NCBI GenBank assembly: GCA_963803805.1
Contig: CAWDOD010000011.1
Span: 672,001 to 736,000, forward strand
From: an uncultured cyanobacterium
GTDB lineage: Bacteria; Cyanobacteriota; Cyanobacteriia; Cyanobacteriales; CAWCAG01
Length of the DNA: 64,000 nucleotides
Direction of reading: 5' to 3'
Notes under the pieces: model-generated
The model's input: only the letters and a program-made list of their open reading frames with translations
What the model was told of the DNA's origin: nothing
The model's database searches: none
Program-made: the position numbers and the translations under genes
Shown: piece after piece, positions 44,194 to 56,078 of the stretch
How the letters are laid out: each line of letters begins with the position of its first letter
How positions within the stretch are numbered: position 1 is the stretch's first letter

Positions 44194-45714
44194 ATGGTTG
44201 CCAGCATTAGACCAGACGAAATTAGTAATATTATTCGCCAACAAATTGAAGGCTATGACCAAGAAGTTCAAGTTGCCAATGTGGGAACAGTACTACAAAT
44301 TGGTGATGGTATTGCCCGGATCTATGGCTTAGAAAAAGCGATGGCAGGGGAATTACTTGAATTTGAAGATGGTACTATCGGCATTGCTCTTAACTTAGAA
44401 GAAGATAATGTCGGCGCAGTATTAATGGGTAATGGTCGCGACATTCAAGAAGGTAGCTCTGTTAAAGCGACCGGGAAAATTGCCCAAATTCCTGTAGGAG
44501 AAGCCATAATTGGTCGGGTAGTTGATTCTTTAGCTCGCCCCCTTGATGGCAAAGGAGATATTAATGCTACCGATAGTCGCCTGATTGAATCCTCTGCTCC
44601 TGGTATTATTGAACGTCGTTCTGTCTACGAACCAATGCAAACAGGCATTACCGCCATCGACGCGATGATTCCTGTTGGTAGAGGACAGCGAGAATTAATT
44701 ATTGGTGACAGACAAACAGGTAAAACAGCAGTAGCAGTAGACACAATTCTCAACCAAAAAGGAGAAGATGTTATTTGTGTTTATGTAGCTATTGGTCAAA
44801 AAGCTTCTACCGTAGCTCAAGTAGCTGGGGTGCTGGAAGAAAGAGGGGCTTTAGATTATACCGTGGTTGTGGCAGCAAATGCCAACGATCCGGCAACTCT
44901 ACAATACCTAGCCCCCTACACCGGAGCAGCTATTGCTGAGTACTTTATGTACAACGGTAAGGCAACTTTGGTTGTTTATGATGACCTTTCTAAACAAGCC
45001 CAAGCTTACCGCCAGATGTCTTTGTTACTACGTCGCCCACCGGGAAGGGAAGCTTATCCGGGAGACGTATTCTACCTTCACTCCCGCTTATTAGAAAGAG
45101 CAGCGAAGCTGAGTAATGAATTAGGGGAAGGTAGTATGACCGCTCTACCTATCATTGAAACCCAAGCTGGGGACGTTTCAGCTTACATTCCCACCAACGT
45201 AATTTCTATTACCGACGGGCAAATCTTCCTCTCTTCTGATCTTTTTAACGCTGGTTTCCGCCCCGCTATTAACGCTGGTATTTCTGTATCTAGGGTTGGT
45301 TCAGCCGCTCAAACCAAAGCGATGAAGCAGGTAGCGGGTAAATTGAAGTTAGAATTAGCTCAGTTTGCTGAATTAGAAGCATTTTCTCAGTTCGCTTCTG
45401 ACCTCGATGAAGCTACCCAGCAGCAACTAGCTAGGGGACAACGCCTGCGCCAAGTCCTTAAGCAGCCCCAATATGACCCACTTTCTGTAGCAGAACAAGT
45501 AGCAGTGGTTTACGCTGGGTTAAATGGCTATCTTGATGATCTTGAGCCGGAGAAAGTGCCTAGCTTTGCTCAAGGAATGCGGGATTACCTCAAAAATAGC
45601 AAGGCTAAATATACTGAAATAATTGCTTCTGAGAAGAAATTAACTGACGAAGCAGAGACTTTGCTTAAAGAAGCCATCACCGAGTATAAGCAAACCTTCT
45701 TGGCTGCTGCCTAG
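44194..45714 (+). CDS. atpA: ATP synthase F1 subunit alpha
   Basis: [29 protein letters not shown]. Confidence 0.99.
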   Translation: MVASIRPDEISNIIRQQIEGYDQEVQVANVGTVLQIGDGIARIYGLEKAMAGELLEFEDGTIGIALNLEEDNVGAVLMGNGRDIQEGSSVKATGKIAQIPVGEAIIGRVVDSLARPLDGKGDINATDSRLIESSAPGIIERRSVYEPMQTGITAIDAMIPVGRGQRELIIGDRQTGKTAVAVDTILNQKGEDVICVYVAIGQKASTVAQVAGVLEERGALDYTVVVAANANDPATLQYLAPYTGAAIAEYFMYNGKATLVVYDDLSKQAQAYRQMSLLLRRPPGREAYPGDVFYLHSRLLERAAKLSNELGEGSMTALPIIETQAGDVSAYIPTNVISITDGQIFLSSDLFNAGFRPAINAGISVSRVGSAAQTKAMKQVAGKLKLELAQFAELEAFSQFASDLDEATQQQLARGQRLRQVLKQPQYDPLSVAEQVAVVYAGLNGYLDDLEPEKVPSFAQGMRDYLKNSKAKYTEIIASEKKLTDEAETLLKEAITEYKQTFLAAA

Positions 45715-45754
45715 AGAGTTACCTAAATAATCCATGACAAGTGACCAATGACAA

Positions 45755-46702
45755 ATGCCTAATCTGAAAATTATTCGCGATCGCATTCAGTCGGTCAAAA
45801 ATACCAAAAAAATCACCGAAGCGATGCGTCTTGTAGCAGCAGCTAAAGTCCGCCGCGCTCAAGAACAGGTTAACTCTACTCGTCCTTTTGCTGACCGTTT
45901 AGCCCAAGTGCTTTATGGTTTACAAAATCGGCTCCAATTTGAAGATGTTGACCTACCTTTATTGAAGCAAAGAGAAGTTGATTCGGTTGGACTGTTAGTT
46001 GTCTCTGGCGATCGCGGTTTATGTGGCGGCTACAACAGCAACGTCATCAAAAAAGCGGAAACTAGGGCCAAGGAACTAGCAGCAGAAGGAGTTGCTTACA
46101 AATATGTCTTAGTGGGGCGTAAAGCGACTCAATACTTTGAGCGACGTAAAGCACCTATTGATGGAACTTATACTGGCTTAGAACAAATTCCTTCAGCTTC
46201 TGAAGCATCTCAAATTGCCGACCAACTACTTTCTCTATTTCTTTCTGAGGAAGTAGATCGGGTAGAGTTAATTTATACGAAGTTTGTCTCTCTAATCAGT
46301 TCTCGCCCCGTGGTACAAACCCTCCTTCCTTTAACACCCCAAGGATTAGAGCCTAAAGACGACGAAATTTTCCGCTTAACCACTAGTGGCGGAGATTTTG
46401 AGGTGGCACGGGAAAAAGTTACCTCCGAAATGCGTAGCTTTCCCAAAGATATGATTTTTGAGCAAGATCCAGCGCAAATTCTCAATGCGCTTCTACCCTT
46501 GTATTTGAATAACCAGTTACTTCGTGCCTTACAGGAGTCTGCCGCTAGCGAGTTAGCAGCACGAATGACAGCGATGAATAGTGCTAGTGACAATGCTAGT
46601 GAATTAATGAGTACCCTTACTTTGTCTTATAACAAGGCAAGGCAAGCGGCAATTACTCAAGAAATTCTTGAAGTTGTTGCTGGTGCAGAGTCTGCTGGTT
46701 AG
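45755..46702 (+). CDS. atpG: ATP synthase F1 subunit gamma
   Basis: [28 protein letters not shown]. Confidence 0.99.
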   Translation: MPNLKIIRDRIQSVKNTKKITEAMRLVAAAKVRRAQEQVNSTRPFADRLAQVLYGLQNRLQFEDVDLPLLKQREVDSVGLLVVSGDRGLCGGYNSNVIKKAETRAKELAAEGVAYKYVLVGRKATQYFERRKAPIDGTYTGLEQIPSASEASQIADQLLSLFLSEEVDRVELIYTKFVSLISSRPVVQTLLPLTPQGLEPKDDEIFRLTTSGGDFEVAREKVTSEMRSFPKDMIFEQDPAQILNALLPLYLNNQLLRALQESAASELAARMTAMNSASDNASELMSTLTLSYNKARQAAITQEILEVVAGAESAG

Positions 46703-46725
46703 TTACAAAAAATTTGTATAAGTAG

Positions 46726-46756
46726 AGCGTCTGAAAAAATTCAGACGCTTTTTTTT
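46726..46756 (+). terminator. Intrinsic terminator of the atp operon
   Basis: AGCGTCTGAA-AAAA-TTCAGACGCT plus T run. Confidence 0.85.
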
Positions 46757-46847
46757 AAGCAGATAAACGCTTTTGGATTGCTTGTTATAATTGTTAGCAA
46801 TAACCTTAACTTCCTTTTCTAAATAAAACGAATTGTAAACCTAAAAA

Positions 46848-47249
46848 TCAAGAACCCACCTTAACTTCCTGGGAACAAAGGGAACACAAACCAAAAAACT
46901 CTAAGGTATGGTAGTAAACATCAAACTTCTTTGTTTGGCGTAACTCTTCTTCTAATCTGCCTACAGGACAAGCATGGGCAATAGGTTGAGAAACTCCACA
47001 ATTAATGCAAGTTAAATAATGCCGTTCCTTGCCAGCTATAGCATAGACCAGTTCTCCATCCGCCGAAGTCCTTGCTTGAATGAAGCCTCGGATGTGCATC
47101 GCTTTTAACACTCGGTAGATAGTTGCTAAACCAATTTGATAATTTTTAGCCCGCAGTTGAGTATAAAGTTCTTGGGCAGAAACTTCTGCTTTTTGGGATT
47201 GTAATAATTCAAAAACTTGTTCTTGACTGCGAGTTAGTTTTAATTTCAT
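46848..47249 (-). CDS. Fur-family regulator, Zur/FurB-like
   Basis: TRSQ, SAQELY, GLATIYR, two CxxC, YYHTLEFFGLC. Confidence 0.85.
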   Translation of the reverse strand: MKLKLTRSQEQVFELLQSQKAEVSAQELYTQLRAKNYQIGLATIYRVLKAMHIRGFIQARTSADGELVYAIAGKERHYLTCINCGVSQPIAHACPVGRLEEELRQTKKFDVYYHTLEFFGLCSLCSQEVKVGS

Positions 47250-47335
47250 ACTTTTTATTGATACTGTTGCTAGTCAAAGACAATATAGACTTTCATCTAG
47301 CGGTCATTTTAAAATAACTGTTCTCGTTAATATAG

Positions 47336-48376
<1,041 letters not shown>

Positions 48377-48383
48377 TTTTATA

Positions 48384-48440
48384 GGACTTACGCAAAGGGA
48401 ATGGGGAATCGCTAGTTACAGAAGTTGAGTGCGTAAGTCC
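48384..48440. repeat. Small palindromic dispersed repeat
   Basis: GGACTTACGCA (48384-48394) ... TGCGTAAGTCC (48430-48440) between converging genes. Confidence 0.75.
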
Positions 48441-48475
48441 AGTTAAAGTATCGGTTGCAGAAATTTATTACCTCC

Positions 48476-49495
48476 CTACTTCCCTACTTCCCTACTATCA
48501 GCCCCCACTACCTGCCTAACCCGGTAAATTGGTCTACTTTGGGATTCATGATAAGTACGCATTAACAACTCTGCTAACAAACCAAAACAGAACAATTGCA
48601 CTCCAGTAAAAAAGAGGATCAACACTAAAATTAACAGAGGTCTATTACCAATACTTTGACCTAAACCTAACTTTAAAAAAGTTAAATAAAGCCCTAAAAC
48701 AGTCCCTAAAACTAGAGAAAGAAGACCAAATAAACCGAAAACGTGCATCGGTTTAGTCAGAAACTTCTTCATAAAAAATACAGTTAACAAATCCATCACC
48801 ACTCGAAAAGTACGCCCTAAACCATACTTACTACTCCCGAAACGTCGAGGGTGATGCCGTACTGGTAATTCCGCAATTTTGGCTCCTTCAATATAAGCCA
48901 AAGCGGGGAGAAAGCGATGTAGTTCCCCATAAAGATTCATATCCGCCACTAATTCTGCTCGATATGCCTTCAGGGAACAACCATAGTCATGTAGCTTAAC
49001 CCCTGTAACCCCGCCAATAATCCAATTAGCAATCTTAGAAGGAAGTAGGCGAGTAAGAGCTGCATCTTGCCTCTTTTCACGCCAACCACTAACTAAATCG
49101 TAACCTTCTGCTAGTTTATTTAATAAAAAAGGAATATCTGCTGGATCATTTTGCAAATCTCCATCCATGGTAACAATAACTTCACCTTGAGCATATTGGA
49201 AGCCTGCTGCCATTGCCGGAGTCTGTCCATAATTGCGACGCAACAAAACCGCTTTTAAATCCCCACGACTTTTAGCCAACTCGCTTAAAAGTTCAGCAGA
49301 GCCATCTTGGGAACCATCGTCTACACAGATAATTTCGTAAACAAGCTGATTTTCAACTAAAACTGTAGCAACAGATTCTATCAAGGCAGATAGACTTTCC
49401 GCTTCATTATAAATTGGGATCACCACTGATAAATCAGGTTTGACAGAAGAGAAGTTGATTTGAGCTACACTCTGAGAAGATTGAAGATTAGTCAT
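48476..49495 (-). CDS. GT2 polyprenol-phosphate glycosyltransferase (ArnC/GtrB-like)
   Basis: SVVIPIYNE, VDDGS, RNYGQ, MDGDLQNDP, two C-terminal TM helices. Confidence 0.9.
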   Translation of the reverse strand: MTNLQSSQSVAQINFSSVKPDLSVVIPIYNEAESLSALIESVATVLVENQLVYEIICVDDGSQDGSAELLSELAKSRGDLKAVLLRRNYGQTPAMAAGFQYAQGEVIVTMDGDLQNDPADIPFLLNKLAEGYDLVSGWREKRQDAALTRLLPSKIANWIIGGVTGVKLHDYGCSLKAYRAELVADMNLYGELHRFLPALAYIEGAKIAELPVRHHPRRFGSSKYGLGRTFRVVMDLLTVFFMKKFLTKPMHVFGLFGLLSLVLGTVLGLYLTFLKLGLGQSIGNRPLLILVLILFFTGVQLFCFGLLAELLMRTYHESQSRPIYRVRQVVGADSREVGK

Positions 49496-49610
49496 GGTTT
49501 TTGATTTTTTCCTTTGGAGGAAATATTAAGCCAAATCTCTAGGGGTGGAGATTACCCTATTTTCTTAAGTAGTATAGAAATATGCTAGGCAAAAAACTGT
49601 TCAAAAACCA

Positions 49611-50144
49611 ATGAGCCAAGAAAAGCTACCATACGAACGTATTCCTAAAGTTCCCTTTGATCGCCGAGCTTGGGCTTTTATAATCGATTTTGTCTTAGTT
49701 TGGATACTCAGTTCCTTAGTTGGGGTGGGGCCAGTTCGCTGGGCAGTTTTCCTCTTAGCTTGGTTAGGACTTAAAGTTTTGTTAGTTGTGAGTAATCAAG
49801 GGCAAAGTTTAGGTGGTTGGGCTTTGGATCTTAAAGTAATTGATTTCCGCTTTAAAAGGGTTCCTCAAGTAATTACCCTAGTTAAACGGGAAGGTATTTT
49901 AGGTATTTGTGCTTTGCTGGCCATGATTGGTTTAGAAATTAACTTTGGCAATAGCCTGACTATGCTACTACTCCTGGGTCCCATAGTTGCAGACTGCGCC
50001 TTTGCATTCACTGATGAAGAATTAGGGCAAGCTTTTCATGATCGCGTTGCTGATACGATTATGATTCAAACTCCCCGTGGCTTCTCCCTGGACATACAAA
50101 TAAAAAAACTTCTTGCTGAAGTGAGATATCGTGTGAGAAAATAG
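49611..50144 (+). CDS. RDD-family membrane protein
   Basis: RRAWAFIID, GQSLG, QAFHDRVADT. Confidence 0.88.
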   Translation: MSQEKLPYERIPKVPFDRRAWAFIIDFVLVWILSSLVGVGPVRWAVFLLAWLGLKVLLVVSNQGQSLGGWALDLKVIDFRFKRVPQVITLVKREGILGICALLAMIGLEINFGNSLTMLLLLGPIVADCAFAFTDEELGQAFHDRVADTIMIQTPRGFSLDIQIKKLLAEVRYRVRK

Positions 50145-50190
50145 AAATTTGTGTTTAATTTTAATTGGTTGAGTTGGAAGAACTCGAATT

Positions 50191-50385
50191 ATGGCAAGTA
50201 AGAAGGGCGTTAGAATTACCATCAGCGTAGAATGCACTGAATGTCGCACTAATAACGATAAGCGTTCCAACGGTGTCTCTCGATATACGACAAGTAAAAA
50301 CCGTCGTAATACTACAGCAAGATTAGAACTGAAGAAGTTCTGCACTCACTGCAATAAACATACAGTTCATAAAGAAACTAAGTAA
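50191..50385 (+). CDS. rpmG: 50S ribosomal protein L33
   Basis: CTEC...[21 protein letters not shown]. Confidence 0.98.
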   Translation: MASKKGVRITISVECTECRTNNDKRSNGVSRYTTSKNRRNTTARLELKKFCTHCNKHTVHKETK

Positions 50386-50428
50386 TCGGCACATGAGCAA
50401 ATTACTGTAACTTTTAAAGAGGAAAAAC

Positions 50429-50644
50429 ATGGCTTTTTATCGTAAAAATCTTTCTCCTATTAAACCCGGAGATCCCATCGACTATAAAGATGTAGAACTA
50501 TTGAAAAAATTCATTACTGAAAGGGGCAAAATTCTACCCCGTCGTATTACATCTTTAACAGCTAAACAGCAAAGGGATTTAACTGTTGCTGTCAAAAGGG
50601 CTCGCCTGATTGCTTTACTACCTTTTATTGATATTGAAGGCTAA
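50429..50644 (+). CDS. rpsR: 30S ribosomal protein S18
   Basis: IDYKDV...[10 protein letters not shown]...KRAR..ALLPF. Confidence 0.98.
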   Translation: MAFYRKNLSPIKPGDPIDYKDVELLKKFITERGKILPRRITSLTAKQQRDLTVAVKRARLIALLPFIDIEG

Positions 50645-50812
50645 CAGCTAACAGCTAGTTGCTAATTGTTGCAGTTGGTGAGGAAGCAATATCAATTTGC
50701 TGGATCTTCATGTTCCTATCTCACCAATCCCTACTTTCTCAAATTTACCCTTCCATGATTGTTAGCCTGGATGATAAGTTTAAAGAGAAAATAATGGGAA
50801 ATTGCAGAGCTT

Positions 50813-52825
50813 GTGGACAAGGGAACCCTAATTGAATTTCGGCTCCACGGAGAACGTCGTCTTGCAGTTGCTGAGCGTCCTGAAGGGAAGAAAGATTGGC
50901 TTTTTTTAGATGAAAAGGGACAGACTCACAAACTTCGCCCTCAAAGAATTGAATATGAAATTGGTAATGGCTATGAGCCAGATGATATACCTAAATTCTT
51001 GGCGGAAGTAAACAATTATCTTGACCCTTCCAGCTTAGAAATTGCTTGGGAGTTATTAGTGGAAGATAAAGCGGGAGTAACACCGCCAGAAATGGCTCAA
51101 TTACTATTTTCTGCCCGTACTCCTGCTCACTGTTATGGGGCATATAGCCTTCTTTGTGAAGATAAGGTTTATTTTAAAAAGAAAGCAGACCACTACGAAC
51201 CTCGTTCCCAAAACCAAGTTGAAGAAATCAAGCATCAACTACAAGTAGAACAACAAAAGCAGAGTGAAAAACAAGGGTTCTTAGAGAGAGTACAAAGGAA
51301 TTTAGCCGGAGAACAGATAGAGTGGGTAGAAAGCGATCGCATCCGCTTAAATTTACTAGAAAAACTTGTACTGCATCCCGAACAATCTTCTCGCCCTGCC
51401 CAGGATTTACTTGTAGAACTAGAACGCTCTCAAACGCCCCAATTGGCCTTGGAATTACTGATAGAGTTAGGCTGGTGGGATAAACATGAAAATCTTTTTC
51501 TACGCCGTAGCTCTTATCCAATTCACTTTCCTCAGAAGGTACTCGAAGTGGCCAAGTCCAGCCTACTCTCTCAGTCCTGTGACCCTGATGCTGATACTAG
51601 ACTCGATCTTACTCACTTCAAGGTTTATACCATTGATGACGAGAGTACAAAGGAGATCGACGATGGTTTAAGTTTAGAAACTTTAGAAGATGGGACTCAA
51701 CGCCTCTGGATACATATTGCCGATCCTACCAGGTTACTTTCTCCAGGAGATGAATTAGACCTAGAAGCGAGGAGGCGGAGTACCAGCCTTTATCTCCCCA
51801 CAGGCAGCATTCCTATGTTCCCTCCAGAACTTGCTACAGGACCAATGAGTTTGGTACAAGGACAAGTTTGTCCAGCTTTAAGTTTTGGAGTGGTTCTAGA
51901 CGAATCTGGGGGGATTCAGGACTATACTATCAGTGCTAGCTTAATTAAACCAACCTATCGTTTAACCTACGATGATGTTGATGAAATGCTCCAGTTGGAT
52001 ATCCAAGCAGAGCCAGAAATCACCAATTTAGCTCGCTGGTCAACGATTCGTCAGAGTTGGCGATTAGCCCAAGGTTCCATTAGTATCCATATGCCAGAAT
52101 CTTCTATTAAAGTTAAAGATGATGAAATTGTCATTGAACTTTTAGAAGACTCACCCGCCCGCCAGTTAGTGGCCGAAATGATGATCTTAACGGGAGAGGT
52201 GGCGGGAAATTACGGTCAAAGGCATAATCTACCTTTACCCTACCGGGGGCAACCTCAACCAGAACTCCCCTCAGAAGAAGAATTATTACAATTTCCGGCT
52301 GGACCTGTACGTTTCTGCGCTTTGCGTCGTTGTATGCCACGGAGCGAAACAAGCACTATGCCCATACGCCATGCCGGTTTAGGTTTGAATACCTATACCC
52401 AAGCAACTTCTCCGATTCGCCGCTACAATGATTTATTAGCTCATTTCCAAATTAAAGCTCATTTACGCCAAGAGCCATTGCCTTTTCCCCTTGAAGCCGT
52501 AAAAGAGCTTATTTACAGCGTTACTAGTGCAGCTCAAGAAGCTACCTTAGTAGAGCGCCAAACTAATCGCTACTGGGGTTTAGAATTCCTCCGTCGCAAT
52601 GCTGACCAAGCTTGGCCGGCTTTATTGCTACGCTGGTTAAGAGAAGATGATAATTTGGGGCTGATTTTACTAGAAGATTTAGGCTTAGAACTTCCCCATC
52701 GCTTTCGCCGCCCTATTGCCTTGGGCGATCGCTTAGAAGTTCAAGTTAGCCGCGCCGATCCTCGTCAAGATGTGATTCAATTTAGGGAAACCGAACAGCA
52801 TCAACAAGAAGCTACCGCTAGTTAG
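50813..52825 (+). CDS. rnb: Ribonuclease II/R family exoribonuclease
   Basis: TIDDESTKEIDDG, HIADP, HAGLG...ATSPIRRYND. Confidence 0.92.
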   Translation: MDKGTLIEFRLHGERRLAVAERPEGKKDWLFLDEKGQTHKLRPQRIEYEIGNGYEPDDIPKFLAEVNNYLDPSSLEIAWELLVEDKAGVTPPEMAQLLFSARTPAHCYGAYSLLCEDKVYFKKKADHYEPRSQNQVEEIKHQLQVEQQKQSEKQGFLERVQRNLAGEQIEWVESDRIRLNLLEKLVLHPEQSSRPAQDLLVELERSQTPQLALELLIELGWWDKHENLFLRRSSYPIHFPQKVLEVAKSSLLSQSCDPDADTRLDLTHFKVYTIDDESTKEIDDGLSLETLEDGTQRLWIHIADPTRLLSPGDELDLEARRRSTSLYLPTGSIPMFPPELATGPMSLVQGQVCPALSFGVVLDESGGIQDYTISASLIKPTYRLTYDDVDEMLQLDIQAEPEITNLARWSTIRQSWRLAQGSISIHMPESSIKVKDDEIVIELLEDSPARQLVAEMMILTGEVAGNYGQRHNLPLPYRGQPQPELPSEEELLQFPAGPVRFCALRRCMPRSETSTMPIRHAGLGLNTYTQATSPIRRYNDLLAHFQIKAHLRQEPLPFPLEAVKELIYSVTSAAQEATLVERQTNRYWGLEFLRRNADQAWPALLLRWLREDDNLGLILLEDLGLELPHRFRRPIALGDRLEVQVSRADPRQDVIQFRETEQHQQEATAS

Positions 52826-52853
52826 TTTATAGTTCTCAACTGAATCAAGATAA

Positions 52854-53243
52854 ATGACCCAGAATCAGGTAAATTTCCAATCTCATCAGATTGTTTGCTT
52901 AGAATATGAACAGACTTACCTTTACAGCGAAGTTATTCAAGTTATTGAACAGCGCAGAATGTGTTGGGTACGTCCTTGGATATTGGCTATTTTTCCGGCT
53001 GAAACTAGTTTTTTTTCCTGGAATGGTCAGGAGAAAACCCTTTATAATTTGCGCTTAACTGCTGATTTAGTTTGGCCTTTGAGTTTGTTTCGCCCAGCTC
53101 TAGATACAGAGGTTATTCCTCTATTAGAAAAGTTAGATATTCCCCCTAAAGACTCTGAAGATGAGCAGAAGTCACGGCAACGACTCAATTCTTTTGTGAA
53201 TCAGCTTTGGCAAGCTCACAAAGCTACATTTCAGGGTTTTTAA
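52854..53243 (+). CDS. Conserved cyanobacterial hypothetical protein
   Basis: LYSEVIQV...CWVRP...DLVWP..LFRPALDTEVI. Confidence 0.75.
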   Translation: MTQNQVNFQSHQIVCLEYEQTYLYSEVIQVIEQRRMCWVRPWILAIFPAETSFFSWNGQEKTLYNLRLTADLVWPLSLFRPALDTEVIPLLEKLDIPPKDSEDEQKSRQRLNSFVNQLWQAHKATFQGF

Positions 53244-53360
53244 TCATATTAGTTTACTAGCAATAGGGTTTGATATTCTAGTTCAGTTCAAGCAGAGAAA
53301 GTATCTCAAAACTAGGTGACTGAATCCTAAACAGCAAGATAAATTAAGGTCTATCAACAG

Positions 53361-53555
53361 CTAAAATCTAGGTACTAGCTTGATTCGGCCAGCATCCATC
53401 TCTGACATTAGCAGTTCCAATGCTTCGTAATCCACATCGGAAATATAACCTGTTTGAGTTAATTCAGAGTTGATAGCATTCTCTATTTCCGGAGTTAAGC
53501 TTCTGAAATAGAGCGCTTTTTCTACCAGTTGACGAATAGCACGAGTTCTCTTCAC
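53361..53555 (-). CDS. Small hypothetical protein, about 64 aa
   Basis: GTG start preferred: MKRTRAIRQLVEKALY...DYEALELLMSEMDAGRIKLVPRF. Confidence 0.7.
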   Translation of the reverse strand: MKRTRAIRQLVEKALYFRSLTPEIENAINSELTQTGYISDVDYEALELLMSEMDAGRIKLVPRF

Positions 53556-53636
53556 GGTGTTTAGCAGAACTATTAGGTATAAAAACATTCTAGGAGCGAA
53601 TTTCTGCTTCCTATAGTGATCTGTTCGTGGCTCTCT

Positions 53637-53654
53637 CGGTGACTAAAATCACCG
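53637..53654. promoter_or_regulatory. CRP-like palindrome
   Basis: CGGTGA-CTAAAA-TCACCG, about 80 nt upstream of the small minus-strand gene. Confidence 0.5.
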
Positions 53655-54049
53655 CCAGATATCTAATAATGTGTACTAGCTAATTAATATTATTTGATTT
53701 AGTGTAGCCAATTACTTATCCTGCTTCGGTTTGGACTCGGCTGATCATTTTCAATGATCAGGAAAATATTTAATGAGAATTAACAAGCTTTAGCGAAGTA
53801 AAGTATTTAAAACTTAATGCTCTTAATTTTCATTATATACATCTAGAGGAGGATTCACAAATGTCAATAATTGGTTTCTCTATTTATGCTGGGAACAAGA
53901 GATTATTTAGCGACATCTTTGAAAGATAGATCTCCAGAAATCATGCTTAGATTGAGCTTGATTATCTATATGAAGCTTACTCTTTGACAAGGGCTATTTA
54001 TAAAAATTAATAGTAAATTTTGATACACAAAGTGTAGTGGCAATGAAGT

Positions 54050-54424
54050 ATGTTAACTAGATTGGTCGTTTCTAAACACTTAAATCCCATGATCAACGTA
54101 GCCGTTTGCTCCCATTTTACTCAGGCATCATCTTACAGTCATATAATCCCTTCTAACGCAGCGGAGTTTGGGGGTCAACTAACTAAAATTGTTGCTTCTC
54201 ATAAAGATTCTGTGCTTCTAATCGATATGAGAAAAGTCGATTCTTTAGATAACACAACTTTAATGGCTTTGGTTGCCGCTTTCCGGCTGGCACAAAACTT
54301 GGGTAGACGCTTGATTTTTTGTTCTGTTGCTCCATCTGTAAAAATCATTCTGGAGTTAAGTCAACTGGATCGCATCTTAGAAATCTTCGATAGTCGTGAT
54401 GCTTTTGAGGCTACTTTAGCTTGA
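54050..54424 (+). CDS. STAS domain protein (anti-sigma factor antagonist-like)
   Basis: LLIDMRKVDSLD...VKIILELSQLDRILEIF. Confidence 0.85.
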   Translation: MLTRLVVSKHLNPMINVAVCSHFTQASSYSHIIPSNAAEFGGQLTKIVASHKDSVLLIDMRKVDSLDNTTLMALVAAFRLAQNLGRRLIFCSVAPSVKIILELSQLDRILEIFDSRDAFEATLA

Positions 54425-54518
54425 ATAAGTTCTTCGTTCTCTATAATTATTGTGGGAAGTACAAGCATTACTCCACGATTGTTTGTTGAGTACTTCCGCC
54501 TGCAATATCAAGAGAAAT

Positions 54519-54830
54519 CTAAACACTGATAGAATTTTTCGACAATATTTCATTCCACTTTGTTTTATGAACTAATTGAAGTTCATTATCAGATTCGATT
54601 AAATTTGAATATCCTCGAACAAAATCTTCTAAGGAAATAATTAGTCTTAGGTAATATTTCAGTGTCAGTAGAACTCCATTTGTAATCACTTGGCAGCCGT
54701 AAGTATTTTTAATCTCTTGGATTTCTAGATTGATTTTACTAGCTTCGGACTCTTTGATATCAGCCGATGAAAATATATAATATCTTCTCGGTTTGAATTT
54801 AATGATTTTTTCTCTTAAAGTTGATCTTTG
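54519..54830 (-). pseudogene. 5'-truncated gene remnant, possibly a restriction endonuclease C-terminus
   Basis: 103-codon stop-free frame with no 5' start: ...KIIKFKPRRYYIFS...GCQVITNGVLLTLKYYLRLI...HKTKWNEIL...*. Confidence 0.6.
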
Positions 54831-54866
54831 CTAAGATACTGAATTAGTTGCTCAAAGTAAATCAAA

Positions 54867-55493
54867 ATGGTAACAGCACTTCAAGGAGAAAAAGTTACTC
54901 TCTACGACTTAGAAACCAAATTTAAGCTTAAGTTAACCAACAATGAGGCTTTTTTTCCAGAATGTTGTGGAGATTTACCAGAACTCAAAGAACTAGAAAA
55001 AGCGATACTCAACCGCATTAAAAATAATTATCTGAACCTTGTCAAGCGCGGTATGCTCGAAGATATGGTGAAGATGGTAGTTTTGTCTCCCTTGTTGGAT
55101 TTAGCAGGGTTCTATGTACCTCCGTTTTATACTACCAGTGAAAAGTCAGTAGAGATAGCTGATGAGGATGAAGAGGTAGTGATACGGGGCAAGATTGATA
55201 TTTTGGTGTTGCAATCCCAGTTGTGGGTGTTGGTGATTGAGTCGAAAAAAGCCGGATTTTCTCTAGAAGTGGGTATTCCCCAAGCTTTGAGTTATATGTT
55301 GGCTAGTGTGGAAAAAGATAAACCTATATTTGGTTTTGTAACTAATGGCAGTAATTTTATTTTCTTGAAGTTGGTTAAGGAAGATGTTCCTGTTTATGGT
55401 TTGTCTGATGAGTTTAGTTTACGTAGAGAGAATGATTTGTCTTCAGTGTTAGGGATTTTGCAGAGGTTAAGTGAAGTTGTGGTTGCTTGGTGA
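54867..55493 (+). CDS. PD-(D/E)xK nuclease-fold protein (type I restriction HsdR N-terminal-like)
   Basis: RGKIDILV...LVIESKK, PQALSYM, GFVTNG. Confidence 0.8.
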   Translation: MVTALQGEKVTLYDLETKFKLKLTNNEAFFPECCGDLPELKELEKAILNRIKNNYLNLVKRGMLEDMVKMVVLSPLLDLAGFYVPPFYTTSEKSVEIADEDEEVVIRGKIDILVLQSQLWVLVIESKKAGFSLEVGIPQALSYMLASVEKDKPIFGFVTNGSNFIFLKLVKEDVPVYGLSDEFSLRRENDLSSVLGILQRLSEVVVAW

Positions 55494-55498
55494 GATAT

Positions 55499-55527
55499 GC
55501 GTAGGCAAAGACCACCGTAGGTATTGC
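55499..55527. mobile_element. SDR5-like 21-nt insertion in a degenerate HIP1 site
   Basis: GCG + TAGGCAAAGACCACCGTAGGT (21 nt) + ATTGC. Confidence 0.6.
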
Positions 55528-55641
55528 AATCCTCTTTAATCTTAAGCTAATAGTGTAAGTGATTACTGTTTCAAAAGTACTAGGACAGAATTGAGTTAGT
55601 CTTGATATTTGTTTAACAAGTCTCTCGAATAAGCAAAATCT

Positions 55642-56073
55642 CTACTTATAATTTTCTGGAGGATGCCAGCCACTTTCAACCCAACGTAACCTAGCTGCAA
55701 CAATAACCGAGTTATTCATTCGTAAAGCTGCAATAGTTGCTCTACCTATAGCTGTCATACCTTCTACCTTTGTGCCATCATTACTCCAAGCAAAATGTTC
55801 TAACCAATCCTGCTTACGTGGATTAAATAAAGGTGAAATATTCCCAGTTAAAGGGTCTTTTGCTTGAGTTAAACTGCCTTTAAATTCATTGCAAGGACGA
55901 CAAGCTAGACAAACATTCTCGAAAGTAGTATTCCCACTTTTAGAAATGGGTTGAATATGATCGTAAGTCATAGGAATACCGCTATTTTCTTCTTTGGTTT
56001 GGCAATAACAGCAACAACGACCATCTTGTTGAATAATTCTTGTCTTTAGAGTCTCAGGGATATAAGCAGACAC
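55642..56073 (-). CDS. HNH endonuclease
   Basis: CCYC...DHIQP...N...ACRPCN..KG, LFNPR.Q.W.EHF.W. Confidence 0.92.
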   Translation of the reverse strand: MSAYIPETLKTRIIQQDGRCCCYCQTKEENSGIPMTYDHIQPISKSGNTTFENVCLACRPCNEFKGSLTQAKDPLTGNISPLFNPRKQDWLEHFAWSNDGTKVEGMTAIGRATIAALRMNNSVIVAARLRWVESGWHPPENYK

Positions 56074-56078
56074 AGTAT

